Assembly (NCBI GenBank): GCA_964016885.1
Contig: OZ024742.1
Location: 369,520,001-369,584,000 of the forward strand
Length of the DNA stretch: 64,000 bases
Direction of reading: 5' to 3'
Source: Eledone cirrhosa
Lineage: Eukaryota
The notes below the pieces were generated by a model. It was not told where the DNA came from. It did not search any database and was given only the letters and a program-made list of their open reading frames with translations. Both the position numbers and the translations under genes were made by a program. Below are positions 39,843 to 52,792 of the stretch, one piece after another (positions within the stretch are counted from its first letter, which is position 1; each line of letters opens with the position of its first letter).

Positions 39843-40139
39843 TACGTTAGGTCTAAAAAAAACGATTACAAATCTTTACATATTTGAAGGTGTGACAAAG
39901 TATTGATGTGAATGAGTGGATGTATGTGTGTGTATGCATATATGTGCGTGTGTGTGTGTGTGCATATATGTGCGTGTGTGTGTGCATATGTATGAGTGTG
40001 TGCGCGCATGTATATTCCTGTGTGCATGTGTACGCACATTTGTGAGTGCGTGTATGTGTCTATGTATGCGTGTATGTGTGTGTGTACGCGTGTGTGTCTG
40101 TGCGTGTGTGTGCAGGCGCATGTGTGTAGGCACCTTACT

Positions 40140-43100
40140 AGCTGAGAAGTGAGTAGATAAGGTGATAGAGGTAGAGTGACAGAATCATCAGGCTCAGATT
40201 AACTGTAGGAAATAGACTGGTGACAATTATATCTACCTATGCTCCACGGGTAGGACTGGGTAAAAAACAAAAGGACAGGTTCTACGAGGAAGTTTTTCAG
40301 ACAACTTCAGGTATTGAACAAAGAGACCCCCATGTGACTTCAATGTGGGACAGTACCAGGGATTCAGCAGAGTTCATGGTAGCTATGGTTATGGCTGGAG
40401 GAAAGAAGAGGGATTGAAACTACTGGAATTCTGTGATGCAAGTAACCATTAACAAAGCAATTTTCAGGAAAGCCGCTAATCATCTAATCTCATATAAATC
40501 AGGTGAAGACACTAGCCAAATTGATACTTGTTTGTTACACAACTCGACAAATGAACTGTAATAAATAATAAGGTCTTCTCTGGAGAAGAATACCGCCCAA
40601 CACAAGTCATTAATGACATCAAAACAAACAGGAGACAGAACAAGATACGCAGGAAAAGATGGAGGGTGTAGAAGCTCAAGGACCCATGGGTTAAAGATTC
40701 ACTTGAGAGGAGTGACAAGCTAGATTCATATAACGTAGAGGACAACTGGAAATTCCTACGTGACAACCTTTGCAAACCACTGACGAGACGTGCGGCTGGA
40801 GTAAAGCACCAGTCAGACAGACGGTGACCTGGTGGTGGAACAGCTCAGTAGATAGAGCCATTAAAGAGAAGGGTGACCTGGTGGTGGAACAGCTCAGTAG
40901 ATAGAGCCATTAAAACCAAGAGACAGGTTTGGAAAGACTGGAAAAATGGGGGTATTAAAGACCAGTACCAAGTAGCAAAGAGAGAAGCTAGACAGTAGGT
41001 ATACACAGCTTGGGGAGAGGCTGAAAAAAGAAAATTTGGCAATGTGTTGAGACGTGAGGATCAGAGACTTGAAGTGTTCCGTATTGCAAGGCTGTGTGTT
41101 AGTGTGAATCGAGATGTTGGGCGAAAATGTGTTAGAAAGGACACTGGTACACTTAACAACACTTATACCCCAAAGAAAGAGGCCTGGAAATGTTACTTTG
41201 AAAGATTGATGAATGTAGAGAATGAATAGGAGGAAGAGAAACTACCCCCAACCTACCCAAGAAAAAGACCAGCTATTGAAGATGACAGTTTTAGGGTCAA
41301 AGACGCAACCAAGAAGATGAAGAATGGTAAAGTTGCGGAACCATCAGAAATAGTTGCTGAGATGCTAAAAGCATCGGTAGAAGTATGAGTCAAACTAATG
41401 ACCTGTATAGTAAACCAATTAATACATGACTGTGTCATACCCAATGACTGGTGCAGCAGTACAATCATAAATTGCTACAAGCGCGCAAAGGTGATGCCCT
41501 AGAAAGGAGCAACTACAGTGGAATAAAACTAATGGATCAAGTTATGAAAGTGACAGAAAGACTTATAGCGCAGCTAATTAGGGAAAGAGTCAAAATAGAT
41601 GAGATGAAGTTTGGTTTCCTGCTTGGGAAAAGTACTACAGATGTCCTTTCTTAATGAGGCATCTACAAGAGAAATTCCTGGCCCAAAATAAGCCACTATA
41701 TCTAGCCTTTGTTGATCTAATGAAGGCCTTTGACAGAGTACCTCTATCTGTTATCTGGTAGTCCTTAAAGAAATTACGTATAGAAGAATGGCTTGTAAGA
41801 GCAGTGCAAAAATGTGAGAGTAGGAAATGACTTTAGTGAAGAATTCAAGATACAGGTAGGAGTTCATAAAGGTTCAGTTCTTAGTCCACTGCTTTCATCA
41901 GAGTTCTTCAGGCCATAACAGAGGACTTTAAGACTGGCTGCCCATTGAATCTTCTCGATATAGATGATTTGGTCTTTATAGCTGAAACCGAAAAAGAACT
42001 AAAAAATAAATTGAAAAAATGGAAACAGAATTTGGAATCAAACGGTCTGAGAGTAAACTTAGCCAAAACTAAAGTGCTAGTGATTAGGAGAGAAGATAGG
42101 ACGCAGATTCTCTCAGGGAAGTGGCCATGCTCAATATGTAGAAATGGAGTAGGTATAAACTCCATACGAAGTGCACAATGTAAATCTTGGCTACACAAAA
42201 GACGTATTGAGATAAAAGATAGACTAATAGGAAAGGAGAAGTTTGCATGTTGAAGATGCACAGGAGTAATCGAGAGGAAGCGTGTTAATGATAAACCTTT
42301 TCTAGTCACAGGAAGGATCTATAGATGTGGTTGATAGCTTCTGTTATCTAGGTGACATAATTAGCAGCGAAGGAGGGTGCGTGCGTTGAGAGTATAACAG
42401 TTAGAATAAGGATAGGATGGAAGAAGTTTAGAGAACTTCCCCCATGGTTGACAACAAAACGTTTCTCCCTACGTACAAAAGGAAGGCTGTACGGCATCTG
42501 TATGCAGAAGACATGTGGTGCTACATGGTAGTGACACATGGGCTGTGACTGCAGAAGACATGTGGTGATACATGGTAGTGAGACATGGGATGTGACTGCA
42601 GAAGACATGTGGTGCTACATGGTAGGGAGACATGGTCTGTGACTGCAGAAGACATGTGGTGCTACATGGTAGTGAGACATGGGCTGTGACTGCAGAAGAC
42701 ATGTGGTGCTACATGGTAGTGAGACATGGGCTGTGGCTGCAGAAGACATGTGGTGCTACATGGTAGTGAGACATGGGCTGTGACTGCAGAAGACGTGTGG
42801 TGCTACATGGTAGTGAGACATGAGCTGTGACTACAGAAGACATGTGGTACTATATGGTAGTGAGACATGGGTTGTGACAGCAGAAGACATGTGGTGCTAC
42901 ATGGTAGTGAGGCATGGACTGTGACTACAGAAGACATGTGGTGCTAGATGGTAGTGAGGCATGGGCTGTGACTGCAGAAGACATGTGGTGCTAGATGGTA
43001 GTGAGACATGAGCTGTGACTGCAGAAGACGTGTGGTGCTACATGGTAGTGATACATGGGCTGTGACTACAGAAGACATGTGGTGCTACATGGTAGTGAGG

Positions 43101-44400
43101 CATGGGCTGTGACTGCAGAAGACATGTGGTGCTACATGGTAGTGAGGCATGGGCTGTGACTACAGAAGACATGTGGTGCTAGATGGTAGTGAGGCATGGG
43201 CTGTGATTGCAGAAGACATGTGATGCTACATGGTAGTGATCCATGGGCTGTGACTACAGAAGACATGTGGTGCTAGATGGTAGTGAGGCATGGGCTGTGA
43301 CTGCAGAAGACATGTGGTGCTAGATGGTAGTGAGGCATGGGCTGTGACTACAGAAGACATGTGGTGCTACATGGTAGTGAGACATGGGCTGTGACTACAG
43401 AAGATATGTGGTACTACATGGTAGTGAGACATGGGCTGTGACTACAGAAGACGTTGTGCTACATGGTAGTGAGATTTGGGCTGTGACTACAGAAGACATG
43501 TGGTGCTACTTGGTAGTGAGGCATGGGCTGTGACTACAGAAGACATGTGGTGCTACATGGTAGTGAGACATGGGCTGTGACTACAGAAGACATGTGGTGC
43601 TACATGGTAGTGAGACTTGGGCTGTGACTACAGAAGACATGTGGTGCTACTTGGTAGTGAGGCATGGGCTGTGACTACAGAAGACATGTGGTGCTACTTG
43701 GTAGTGAGATATGGGCTGTGACTACAGAAGATATGTGGTACTACATGGTAGTGAGGCATGGGCTGTCACTGCAGAAGACATGTGGTGCTTCATGGTAGTG
43801 AGATATGGGCTGTGACTGCAGAAGACATGTGGTGCTACTTGGTAGTGAGATATGGGCTGTGACTGCAGAAGACATGTGGTGCTACATGGTAGTGAGACAT
43901 GGTCTGTGACTGCAGAATACATGTGGTGCTACATGGTAGTGAGACATGGTCTGTGACTGCAGAATACATGTGGTGCTACATGGTAGTGAGACATGGTCTG
44001 TGACTGCAGAAGACATGCCTAGAATGGAGAGAAATCAAACAACCATGCTTCGTTGGATGTGCAATGTGAATGTGAGAGGCAGAGCTTGGACAAGCTGAGA
44101 GAGAAGATGCACATAAGGGGAATCCAAGATGGTTTGCAGGAGAGGAAAATGCATTGATGATGCACATGGATGATCATTGCTGGGTGAAGAAATGCGAGGG
44201 AAATCGCAGTGGAAGGAAGCCGCGGTAGAGGACAACCAAGAAAGACCTGGACAGAGGCTGTGAGAGCGGCCTTAAATCACTGAGACTGGAAGAGGAGATG
44301 ACGAAGAAACGAGTGATGAGATGGCGTGATGAGAAGAACCTGGCCAACCCATGCAAGTGTGGAAAAGCGGATGTAAAAACGATGATGAGGATCATGATAT
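40140..44400 (+). mobile_element. Decayed RTE-clade LINE (APE remnant, RT, Cys-rich C-terminus, 3' tail)
   Basis: IISTYAP, NYSGIKLMDQVMKVTER, AFVDLMKAFDRVP, VGVHKGSVLSPLL, DIDDLVFIAE, GLRVNLAKTKV, KWPCSICRNGVGINSI, FCYLGD, LHGSETWAV. The 3' end is CCCATGCAAGTGTGGAAAAGCGGATGTAAAAACGATGATGAG. Confidence 0.9.
42504..44017 (+). repeat. 47-bp minisatellite, ~32 copies, inside the RTE ORF
   Basis: Unit GCAGAAGACATGTGGTGCTACATGGTAGTGAGACATGGGCTGTGACT. RTE sequence is colinear on both sides. Confidence 0.97.
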
Positions 44401-44406
44401 ATATAT

Positions 44407-45044
44407 ATATCAACTAGAAATTGATTGACATATAAATATATCTATATAAACATATGAAACAATCACAGGGGATAATCTGTAAAAGTGTGTAAGCACACAT
44501 AGCTATGTAGGTAACTAATAAAATTTAACTAGAACTTCAAAAATAGATACCTTATAAATTGATTAAGCTTCCTTTTATATATTCCATTAAAGAAATATAT
44601 TTCACCAATTAATCGATTGGTAAACGACAGTAGCCAGATCCTGGATTTTCAACAAGGAAGAGGACCAACCATCTGTGTTTACGCATCAAATTCAAATCAG
44701 CGACTGGCCAGTAACATGTGCTGTATTTACTAAAAATACACAGATCGTACCAGCTTCGTCCCAGTGGCGTGAATAGGGTTATCGACAACTAGAAATAGCA
44801 GTCAAGTCCTTTCTGGCTACTGTCGTTTACCAATCGATTAATTGGTGAAATATATTTCTTTAATGGAATATATAAAAGGAAGCTTAATCAATTTATAAGG
44901 TATCTATTTTTGAAGTTCTAGTTAAACTTTATTTAGTTACCTACATAGCTATGTGTGCTTACACACTTTTACAGATTATCCCCTGTGATTGTTTCATATG
45001 TTTATATAGATATATTTATATGTCAATCAATTTCTAGTTGATAT
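44407..45044. repeat. Fold-back with ~232-bp near-identical inverted arms and ~173-bp spacer
   Basis: 44407-44638 is the reverse complement of 44812-45044. Confidence 0.95.
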
Positions 45045-45200
45045 AAAATGCTCGGATCTATTCATTGGAATCTTGGAGCATATTTTACGGGTGATATGGC
45101 GCATGTCTATCTGACATGACACCTTTAATTTAAGTTAATTTTGGATATATATATATATATATAAACCCATGCAAGCGTGGAAGATTGACGTTAAACGATG

Positions 45201-45250
<50 letters not shown>

Positions 45251-45369
45251 GGGGGGGGGGGGGTGACATGAAGTGGTGTTGATAAGTTCTACTTAACACT
45301 AGCCGCGAAATTACTTTCTCGTCCTTTCCACATCTACTGCTGCAGACTGAACTAACAGGAATTGTATTA

Positions 45370-46100
45370 TAAACACACACACATATATATACACAGACGC
45401 ATACACACGCACACACACGCATACACACACGTACGCATACATACACATATATATACATAGACATATACACACACACAAACACACTCATACATACACAACT
45501 GTCGCATCAATACTTAGTCACACCTATAAGTAAGGAAAATGAAAAAGGAAGTTTTAAAGTAGTTTCCTCAAATATACACACACATACACATAGATACACA
45601 TACATACACACATATATACATAGACATATACACACACATACACACATATATACATAGACATATACACACACATACACACACTTTCTCGTCCTTTTCACAT
45701 CTACTGCTGCAGACTGAACTAAAAGGAATTGTATTATAAACACACACACATATATATATATATATACACATACATACACACATACATACAGACATACATA
45801 CATACACACATATATACATGCATACATACACACATACATACACACATACATACACATATATACACACATACATATATACACACATACACACATACATACA
45901 CATACATACACACATACATACATACATACACACATATATACATGCATACATACACACATACATACATACATACACACATACATACACATATATACACACA
46001 TACATATACACACACATACACATACATACATACATACATACATACATACATACATACATACATACATACATACATACATACATACATACATACACAGACA
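45370..46100. repeat. Degenerate (CA)n/(TACA)n tract containing a ~65-bp local duplication
   Basis: ACTTTCTCGTCCTTT.CACATCTACTGCTGCAGACTGAACTAA.AGGAATTGTATTATAAACAC occurs at ~45313 and ~45680. Confidence 0.9.
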
Positions 46101-46128
46101 GACAGGCAGCCAGAGACAAGTGTTTGTG

Positions 46129-46136
46129 TATAAATA
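46129..46136 (+). promoter_or_regulatory. Candidate TATA box of the hyaluronidase gene
   Basis: TATAAATA lies ~50 nt upstream of the ATG at 46186. The position is plausible, but the region is AT-rich. Confidence 0.4.
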
Positions 46137-46185
46137 AGAAGGATCTTACGCAGGAGATCAGACAGATCTAGTTCAGGCTCAGAAT

Positions 46186-46473
46186 ATGTATTTTCTAATT
46201 CCTGTCTGGATGTTCAGTATTATTTTAATTAATTCTGGAACAAGTTTACCAGAGACGTTGTTTGGTCAACCTTTTGCGGTTGTTTGGAACTCACCATCGC
46301 ATGTATGCAGCCAAAAATTTGGAGTTAGATTAAATTTTTCCAATTATGGCATAATTGATAACAGTGGCGATGTTTTTGAAGGGGACAAGATGGTGATCTT
46401 TTACAAAAAAATGCTTGGACTGTATCCTTATATCAGCCGCAAGGGAACTGTAAGAAATGGTGGAATACCACAG
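46186..46473 (+). CDS. HYAL: First coding exon (96 aa) of a secreted hyaluronidase, glycoside hydrolase family 56
   Basis: A hydrophobic signal peptide is followed by PFAVVWNSPSHVC, FEGDKMVIFY, LGLYPY and NGGIPQ, the conserved GH56 N-terminal motifs. A phase-0 donor CAG|GTATGT follows at 46473/46474. No later exon was recognised in the window. Confidence 0.92.
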
Positions 46474-46693
46474 GTATGTTATTAAAACTTCTACCATTTA
46501 TTTGTTAAAAGCACTAAATACACAAAACACTTCATCTATCCATACTAATCTTATACTACACCGATAAAGGGCCGGCCTTTCACCTGTTGAGGCCCTAACC
46601 CTGTAATTTGAAAGTAACAGATCCTCCAGCCCTAAACTAGAGAAAATCTGAGTCCCTTCACTAAAAATATTCGGGCAAAAAAATTTTAAATAA

Positions 46694-47114
46694 TTGTTTC
46701 TACTTTTGGCCAGCAATTACCCAGTACATTACTGGTACTTTATTTTATCGACCCCGTAAGGATGAAAGGCAAAGTTAACCTCAGCGGGATTTGAACTCAG
46801 AATGGAAAGGGACGTAACTATGCTGGAAAGCATGGCATCCGACCCTCTACCGATACTGCCAATTCACCGCCCTTTAAAAAAATTTTAAATAATAATATTT
46901 TTATATATTAATGCTAATGATGAATAATAAATAATTGTTTCTACTTTTGGCACAAGGCCAGAAAATTACCAGTGTATTACTGGTACTTTATTTTATCGAC
47001 CCCGTAAGGATGAAAGGCAAAGTTAACCTCGGCGGGATTCGAACTCAGAATGGCAAGGGCCATAACTCTATGCGTCAAAGCATAGCGTCCGACCCTCTAC
47101 CAATACTGCCAATT
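46694..47114 (-). mobile_element. Two tandem copies of the tRNA-derived SINE (46694-46874 and 46935-47114)
   Basis: Same body and boxes as 38041-38228 (B box GAGTTCAAATCC / GAGTTCGAATCC). Confidence 0.85.
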
Positions 47115-47129
47115 AATAAATAATATATA

Positions 47130-47853
47130 TCATCATGATCATCACCGTTTTACGTCTGTTTTTCCATGCTAGCATGGATTAGACGGGTTGTCCTGTTGTG
47201 GGCAGTGTCTGGTCGGCTTGCTCATACAGGAACTGATTTTGGCTTGATTTCTACAGCTGGATGCCCATCCTAACACCAACCTCATTTACAGTGAGTGCTG
47301 GGTGCTTTTTCCGTGGCGCCTACACGTCCACTTTACAGTGTGGGCTGGGTGCTTTTTTGCCGTGGCACCTCCACGACCACCTTGCAGTGGGGGGTGTGGG
47401 GCATATTGTCTATATGCTTCAGCTTGTACCCATGGGAGGTCGGGTCTTTTGTATTACTGCGTGACGCCAGAGGTCACGGTCGTGTGTCATCGCCTTTGAG
47501 AGGTGTAATTGGGTAAGGTCGGCTTTTATCACCTCATCCCAGGTCTTCTTGGGTCTCCTCACTCCGCAGTTTCCATTGACTTCTAGTGCTCTGCACCTTT
47601 TTATGCAGCTGTCATCCTTCATACGCATCACATGTCCATACCAACGCAACCGCCTCTCCTGCACACAGCATTTGATTCCTCTTATGTTCAGTCTCTCTCT
47701 CAATTCATTTATGCTTTTTCGTTCGCGTATATTACTGTTACACATCCATCGGAGCATGCAGGCTTCGTTTCTTTCTAATCTACACAAGTCTTTCACCTTC
47801 AGCGCCCAGGTCTCATTACCATGTAACATTGATGTTCGGATACACGCATCACA

Positions 47854-47858
<5 letters not shown>
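47130..47858 (-). mobile_element. RTE-clade LINE 3' fragment
   Basis: CIRTSMLHGNETWAL...ERNEACMLRWMC...RRLRWYGHVMR...RPKKTWDEVIKADL. The 3' end resembles that at 44345-44400. Confidence 0.88.
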
Positions 47859-47932
<74 letters not shown>

Positions 47933-47934
47933 AG

Positions 47935-48834
47935 AAAACAACATGCAGTTTAATGCTGGCAAATTCCAAGCCCTACAATACAATCATCCAAACAAACCTG
48001 CAAACACAAATATAGTACAACACAACTACACAGGACCAGGAGGGACCGATATCCCCGTGTCAAAATCGATACGAGACCTGGGCATAGACATGAGCGATGA
48101 TGCATCTTTTTCCTCACACATCATGAAAGTGGCGACAAAGTGCAGACGACTCGCTGGCTGTATCTTGAGAACTTTCCGGACAAGAGATCGAGACACCATG
48201 TTGACACTATGGAGGACATTTGTCCTAAGCCGCCTGGACTACTGCTCCCAGCTGTGGTCACCCCATAGTGTCAAACTAACCACGGAGCTTGAGGCAATCC
48301 AGCGAAGCTACACCAAGAGGATTGCCAAGATGAGGGAGACAAGCTACTGGGAGAGGCTAAAGGAACTGAACCTCTACTCCTTGGAACGAAGACGGGAGAG
48401 ATACGTAGTTATCTACATGTGGAAAATCCTGGAGGGACTAGCACCAAATTTTGGCATTGGGAGCTGGACCAACCGTCGAACAGGACGTCACTGTGTGGTG
48501 CCAAAGGTCCCGTCTTCCACATCTAGAATAAGGAGCAGGTATTGCAATAGCCTGGGATTCAAGGGCCCTCTACAAGCTGCCGAGGGATCTGAGAGATTTG
48601 CATGACGTGGAGGTGGATGACTTCAAGAAACATCTCGACACTTTGCTATCCAGGATCCCGGATGAGCTCACAGCAAGGCACGAGGGAAACCTAAAGGCAG
48701 CAGCAACAAACTCCCTCTTACACCAGTTGCCAACCTATACAGGTTGGAGATAAAATGTGTAACAACAAGGGCGGTGCCCCAGCATGGCCTCAGCCGGATG
48801 GCTGAAACTGGTAAAAGAGTAAAAGAGTAAAAGA

Positions 48835-48837
<3 letters not shown>
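47935..48837 (+). mobile_element. CR1-group LINE 3' fragment with (GTAAAAGA)3 tail
   Basis: MQFNAGKF, IRDLGI, VLSRLDYCSQLWSP, SYWERLKELNLYSLERRRER. The 8-nt tandem tail is at 48811-48837. Confidence 0.9.
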
Positions 48838-48876
<39 letters not shown>

Positions 48877-49050
48877 CGGCGATGAATTAGTTTTGCGAGG
48901 TTTTTTATATGAAATCGTATGAGGACCGAGTAAGATAGATTACCGATATAAAAGACACAGAAGCGAGAAGCGAAAACCAACCAAACAGTGAGTGTGTTCT
49001 GTTATTAATTCTGGCAATATTATTACACAAATATGACCCTCCCCAAGTAT

Positions 49051-49228
<178 letters not shown>

Positions 49229-49301
49229 TTATATATATATATATATATATTATCAAGAAAACGAAAAATCAGTGATGCATCTGGACTTAGTTTATTTCGT
49301 A

Positions 49302-50074
49302 CTAGCAGTAAAGCCCGGCGTTGCTCGGGGTCGCTCAGTAGCTGTGTTAAAGTTACAATGTTAAGTTTCTTTTTTGGCTTAAAAACTGTAGTGTCTACTG
49401 TGCAGACTTGCATGTGGTGTTTTTGATTAATATTCCCTCAACCAACAATATGCCTTATGAAGTTAAGAAAACATAACGATAACCCGAATGTTATAACAAA
49501 AGAGGATGCTGGGGATAAAAACTGCACTGGTTATTTATTAACAAAGATCGAAAATGTAAACACTGCAACGCAGAGAAAAACATTAGCGTAACCAAATTAT
49601 CAGTTATGTCTGTCTGCACGCCTATATCACCTCTCTGCACGACTGTCTGTCTGCACGCCTGAAATATTTGCTTGTTTTACGTAGTCTTTAAATAGACTTG
49701 TTTTCAAGTAAAAATATTGTTTTAAAATGCTTTTAAATGGAAATGAAGCAAAACGGAAGCTTAGTGTTCGAATGTTCGTGTATTGTGTTAATGTCATTTT
49801 AAACGCTGAGAAAGCCAGCGTAATTTTTTACGTAAGACGCTCAATGTAAACAGAACAAAGGGAAATAACTGATAACTTACGCTCAAAAATCGATACATTA
49901 TATTCGATTTCGTCACATAGGGTGGGTCAATTTGAAATTTCTTTTTCCGATGTCTTCGCTAGGGCTCAATGTACAAGTATAGCAATTTCGGTGCAATTCC
50001 GTGAAAGATTCTAAGAGGAGATGTGTGCCAAAAATCGATAGACAGACAGACAACCACAGTTTTATATATATAGA
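49302..50074 (-). mobile_element. Complete non-autonomous Helitron
   Basis: The minus strand begins A|TCTATATATATAAAAC with a (CTGT)n tract and ends with hairpin CCCGAGCAACGCCGGG then CTAG|T. It sits in an AT target with no TSD. Confidence 0.88.
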
Positions 50075-50109
50075 TTACAAATATTTCGCCGGCATGTAGC
50101 TCAAGTCAT

Positions 50110-50168
50110 GCTCCTTGTATGTATGTATGTGTGTGTAGGTGTGTGTGTATACGTGTGTCTATATGTGA

Positions 50169-50219
<51 letters not shown>

Positions 50220-50648
50220 TATATGTGTATGAGTGAGTAAGTACGCATAGCCACATATGAGTGGGTGTGTGTGTGTGCGGGCGGGTAAGTGTGTGTATAT
50301 ATGTGTGGGTGTGTATGGGTGTATATATGTCGTTGTGTGTGTGGGTGCAGGTGCGTGCATTTACGGGCCTCTATATGTGTGTATATGTATCTGTGTATAC
50401 ATGTATGTGTTTATGTGCATCTCTTGGGAATGTGTGCGGATGTTTATATATGAACTATATATGTTTTTTTCATTATTATTATTATTCATGTTGTATTATT
50501 TTATCACATACCCTCTATACATACCCGTATACATGCGTATATGTACGTATGAGTCTGTGTATGTGTGCGTCTGTCTATGTGTGTGTATATATGTATACGT
50601 AGGTGCGTATGTGTATGTGTGTGTGTGTATATATATATAATAGGGGGA

Positions 50649-50693
<45 letters not shown>

Positions 50694-51480
50694 ATGTGGG
50701 TGTGTATATATATATACCACATTGTATATTATATTTCATTGTATATTTTTCTTATGTTATTATACAGTTTTATGTTATTATACTGTTTTTTATTGCATAA
50801 TGTATTTTCAACTGTTCACTTACAGGTGTGTTTATATATGTGCATGTATATGTGGTGGCACTTCCGTTTGGGTAGGCAGATGTGCATGCGTGCATGTGTA
50901 TGCATGCGGCAGCATGTATGCGCACGCATGTATAGATGTATGTAGTTCGGCCTATGCTAATAGTAAAAAGAAGTGTCATTCTCGATATATGTATAAAAAT
51001 GAAACAAAATATGAGAATGAAAAAAATGTTTAAATCAAAGAGAAAGTAATCAATTAACACTAGAAAAAAGAAAACAAACATAGGTACGCACGTACATACA
51101 CATATATATATATATAAATATATATACATATAAATACGTACAGACGAAAGCGCATGCATGTGTACATACATACACACGAAGCACGTATATATATATATCG
51201 CCACATGTATATCTAATCACACGTACGTACGCGACTATATATATATATATATATATATACATATATACATACACACCCATACATACGTATACATATACAC
51301 CCATATACATACACATACATTCACCCACATACACACACACGTATAAATAAGTATGTAAAAAACATAGATATAAAAACACACATACACACACATATATATA
51401 TACGTACGCACGCACACATACGGAGGCGTTCGTATACATATACAGAACGTATACACACATATGCACACTCACACGCATAG
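50110..51480. repeat. Degenerate (TG)n/(TA)n/(CA)n low-complexity region
   Basis: GT-rich left part and CA-rich right part. Confidence 0.85.
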
Positions 51481-52009
51481 ATACAAATCATAAACCAGCC
51501 GTATGAATAAATGAGTACAAATATAAAATTGGTTGCGAAACAATAGAATATATCTGGAGTGGAAAACGCAAGTGACATGTGATATCAAGTAGTGAAAGAA
51601 AATGGAGAAGTAAAATGTGGAATGTGAAGATCTTAGGTAAGTGAATCAAAAAGTAGGGGGGTGTGAAGTAAAAATAAAAATAAAGTTAAAAATAAAGTTA
51701 AAAATGAAAGTAAATCAGAAAGAGAAGTCTGTAAAGAGGATAATTTAAGGAAAGTGAAGAACAAGAGTTTATGGAGGATAAGTATGTGAAAGTGAGTTAA
51801 GTTTATGAGCTGGAAAGCAAGTGTGATTTCATGTGTGGACAACTGGTGAAAATTTCTGTTTTTGCGTTTAGGCAGGTTTTTGGTGATTTAAGGTTCTGTA
51901 AAATCCAACATTTTTCACTTATGCAGAGTGTGCATCTTCTTGTTCCTCTTGAATATTCTTTAGATTATTGTATTGTTTATTATACATTAAATTTAGCTCT
52001 GGTACTTAC

Positions 52010-52390
52010 ATAGAGCACTCTTCACTCCTATGACTTTTTCAATTTTCAACGGAAACTTCAATACTTATACAGCTCCCAAGGGAATGATCGTAGCATATTC
52101 TATATTTTTATGAGATTGGCACCTTCCAGCCCTTTTAAAGTCGAGCACTCTTCAGTCAATAGGATTTTAAACCAATACTGAACATCGATAAATATCCTTT
52201 GGATTACTCTATCAAGAATATCCCAACACCTTCTAACACTTCCTACACGAAAATGCTGATAGACAAAGTAGAGAAAGTTGTTAAAAGAATGAGATGGAAA
52301 GCTTTGATTCTCGATGGACACTTTAACACGGACTCTACGGAACATTTTGATATCAAAACTCATAAATACCCGCAAAGAGTAAAAGATTAA
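52010..52390 (+). mobile_element. 5' fragment of a Penelope-like ORF (probably Naiad-type N-terminus)
   Basis: DYSIKNIPTPSNTSYTKMLIDKVEKVVKRMRWKA...FDIKTHKYP resembles the YSxKNIP...KRMRWKA N-terminus I recall from invertebrate PLE proteins. The clade assignment is from memory. Confidence 0.6.
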
Positions 52391-52399
52391 TTTAATTTA

Positions 52400-52757
52400 T
52401 TCGGTCCTCAATGTTGCCATTGACGGACCAACGGTCAAAAATACAAATACAATATAGACACAAACACATATATATAGTCTATGAAAGTTCTTCCATTGCA
52501 CATCTGCAACATCGTCAGTGGTGCTATTATGTTTCCTCCCGTTGCATTGTATGCTTACGCCATCTTTATTTAGTCTGTTTATTTATTTATTTGTTTATTT
52601 TTTTGTCTTCTCTGCGCATGCGTTTCGTGTGTATAGTGTTTTGTTTTTGGTGTGTGTTCTTGTTTGGGTGACTGTGTATTGGTTAATGTATTCTATCTTA
52701 GTTTACTAGTGTGTGTTTATATGTGTTTGTTGTTATTGTGCTTGTGTATGTATGTAT

Positions 52758-52792
<35 letters not shown>

